From Acidobacteriota bacterium (GTDB lineage Bacteria > Acidobacteriota > UBA6911 > JACQSX01): a stretch of 15,504 nt of DNA. Below are positions 14,027 to 15,504 of the stretch, piece after piece; position 1 is the first letter of the stretch, and each line of letters opens with the position of its first letter. The DNA is taken from assembly GCA_036507075.1 (NCBI GenBank), contig DASXQR010000122.1:1-15504 (forward strand), written 5' to 3'. Under the pieces are notes generated by a model. The model saw only the letters and a list, made by a program, of their open reading frames with translations. It was not told where the DNA came from and did not search any database. The position numbers and the translations under genes were made by a program.

Positions 14027-15366
14027 CAAAGCCCCTGCAGCACTTCGCGAATGACCGCCAGTCCTTCATCCAGCGTCTCGCGGTCAATGTTGAGGGCTGT
14101 GCGGAACCGGATCGAACGCTCCCCGCACGGCAGGATGATCAACCCCTTCCTGAAGCACTGTTCCCGAAAGCGGGCTCGCATTTCATTTCCGGGCAGATCG
14201 AGCGCGCAGAAAAGACCCCGGCCGCGTGCGTTGGAGATCAGGTGCGGGAAGCCGGCCTGCAGCCGCACGAGCTGGTCGTGCAGATAGGCGCCAGTGACAG
14301 CCGCCGCCGAAACCAACCGCTCGGATTCGATCGCTTCCAGATACAATTTGCACCGCACCATGTCCACCAGGTTGCCGCCCCAAGTGGAATTGATTCGGCT
14401 GGGAACATGGAAAACATTCTCCGGTTCGTCGTCGATGCGGTCGCTCGACATAATGCCGCAAACCTGCGTCTTCTTGCCAAAGGCGACAATATCAGGTTCT
14501 ACAAAATGTTCGTATGCCCACATTCTGCCGGTCAGACCCACGCCGGTCTGCACTTCATCGAAAATCAGAAGAGCTTCGTTTTCATCTGCCAATAAACGCA
14601 ACTGCTCGAGAAATTCCCGGCGGAAATGATTGTCGCCGCCTTCTCCCTGGATCGGCTCGATGATGATGGCAGCGATGTCATCGCGGTTTTGCGCAAATGC
14701 ATCCTTGATTTGACGGACGCTCTCTTCTTCTGCTCTGGTGACCTCCTCCAGGCTGCGCTCATCCAATGGGAAACTGATCTTGGGATTAAGCACGCGCGGC
14801 CAGTTGAATTTCGGAAAATAAGCCGTCTTGCGCACGTCGTAAGTGTTAGTCAACGAGAGCGTGTAGCCGGACCTGCCGTGAAAGGCCTGGCTGAAATGTA
14901 TCACCTGGCTCCCACGCTCCTCACGGTGCCCTTTCCTGAGGTTTCTGCGCACCTTCCAGTCGAAGGCGGTTTTGAGCGCGTTTTCGACGGCGAGGGCGCC
15001 GCCCTCCACCCAAAACAGATACTTCATGAAATCCGGCTTGGCGACGCGTGCGAAGGTTTTCACGAATCGGGCCATGCTGATTGAGTAAACATCGGCGTTG
15101 GAAACTTTAGTCACCGCTGCCTGCAGCAACTCTTTCTGTGCTTCACCGGTCCAGAGGTGAGGATGATTGAATCCGATGGGATGGGTAGCGAAGAAAGAAA
15201 AAAAATCTATGTAATAGCGATGGTGCAAAGCGTCATACAGCCTGCATCCCCGGGACTTTTCCAGGTCCACGACCAGCTCAAAACCGTCCACCAGCATGTG
15301 CCTGGAGAGCAGCGCGCGCACGTCGGACGGGTTCAGCGATTGCGGTCTGGAGTTTACAAGAGACAT
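14026..15366 (-). CDS. lat: L-lysine 6-(epsilon)-aminotransferase (class III PLP aminotransferase)
   Basis: 'DFFSFFA', 'EGGALAVENALKTAFDWK', 'FHGRSGYTLSLTNT', 'EPIQGEGGD', 'DEVQTG', 'AFGKK' and 'SRINSTWGGNLVDMVR'. Start is ATG 15366 or GTG 15372. Confidence 0.92.
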   Translation of the reverse strand: MSLVNSRPQSLNPSDVRALLSRHMLVDGFELVVDLEKSRGCRLYDALHHRYYIDFFSFFATHPIGFNHPHLWTGEAQKELLQAAVTKVSNADVYSISMARFVKTFARVAKPDFMKYLFWVEGGALAVENALKTAFDWKVRRNLRKGHREERGSQVIHFSQAFHGRSGYTLSLTNTYDVRKTAYFPKFNWPRVLNPKISFPLDERSLEEVTRAEEESVRQIKDAFAQNRDDIAAIIIEPIQGEGGDNHFRREFLEQLRLLADENEALLIFDEVQTGVGLTGRMWAYEHFVEPDIVAFGKKTQVCGIMSSDRIDDEPENVFHVPSRINSTWGGNLVDMVRCKLYLEAIESERLVSAAAVTGAYLHDQLVRLQAGFPHLISNARGRGLFCALDLPGNEMRARFREQCFRKGLIILPCGERSIRFRTALNIDRETLDEGLAVIREVLQGL

Positions 15367-15443
15367 CTTCACACCTTCAGTATCTCGTGGCAGGCAAACG
15401 GCCTTCGGCCGGACTTGGTTTCAGAATTCGAGTCAGAACTTTT

Positions 15444-15470
15444 CACCACAAAGGCACAAAGAGCACGAAG
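15444..15470. repeat. ACCACAAAG-type repeat arm
   Basis: CACCACAAAGGCACAAAGAGCACGAAG. Confidence 0.75.
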
Positions 15471-15504
15471 GGAAGACGTGGGGCCGGCAGAGGCCGGTCC
15501 GCGT

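Overview
GC-rich bacterial window; the TonB-receptor C-terminus style suggests Acidobacteriota, which is an inference. It opens with the 3' end of a TonB-dependent receptor gene. An enolase-superfamily gene and a DUF3830-like gene on the minus strand are transcribed divergently from an atypical complex II-like operon in the order sdhB-C-D-A, followed by a two-subunit Fe-S hydro-lyase and a DASS transporter. Next come tRNA-Gly(GCC), a second DASS transporter with a tandem-USP gene, a Y1/HUH transposase between 85-bp inverted palindromic arms, yraN and lat. Nearly every intergenic space holds palindromic or short tandem repeats. Two signals stand out. (1) Two non-coding elements share ends (ACTACTAAC ... 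TGGTTGCGGC-loop-GCCGCGCTAR) and sit at the same TGT^GCCT position of a host palindromic repeat with no target duplication. (2) The flavoprotein has Cys at the FAD-linking His position and Glu at the substrate-binding Thr position, pointing to a non-canonical substrate pathway.
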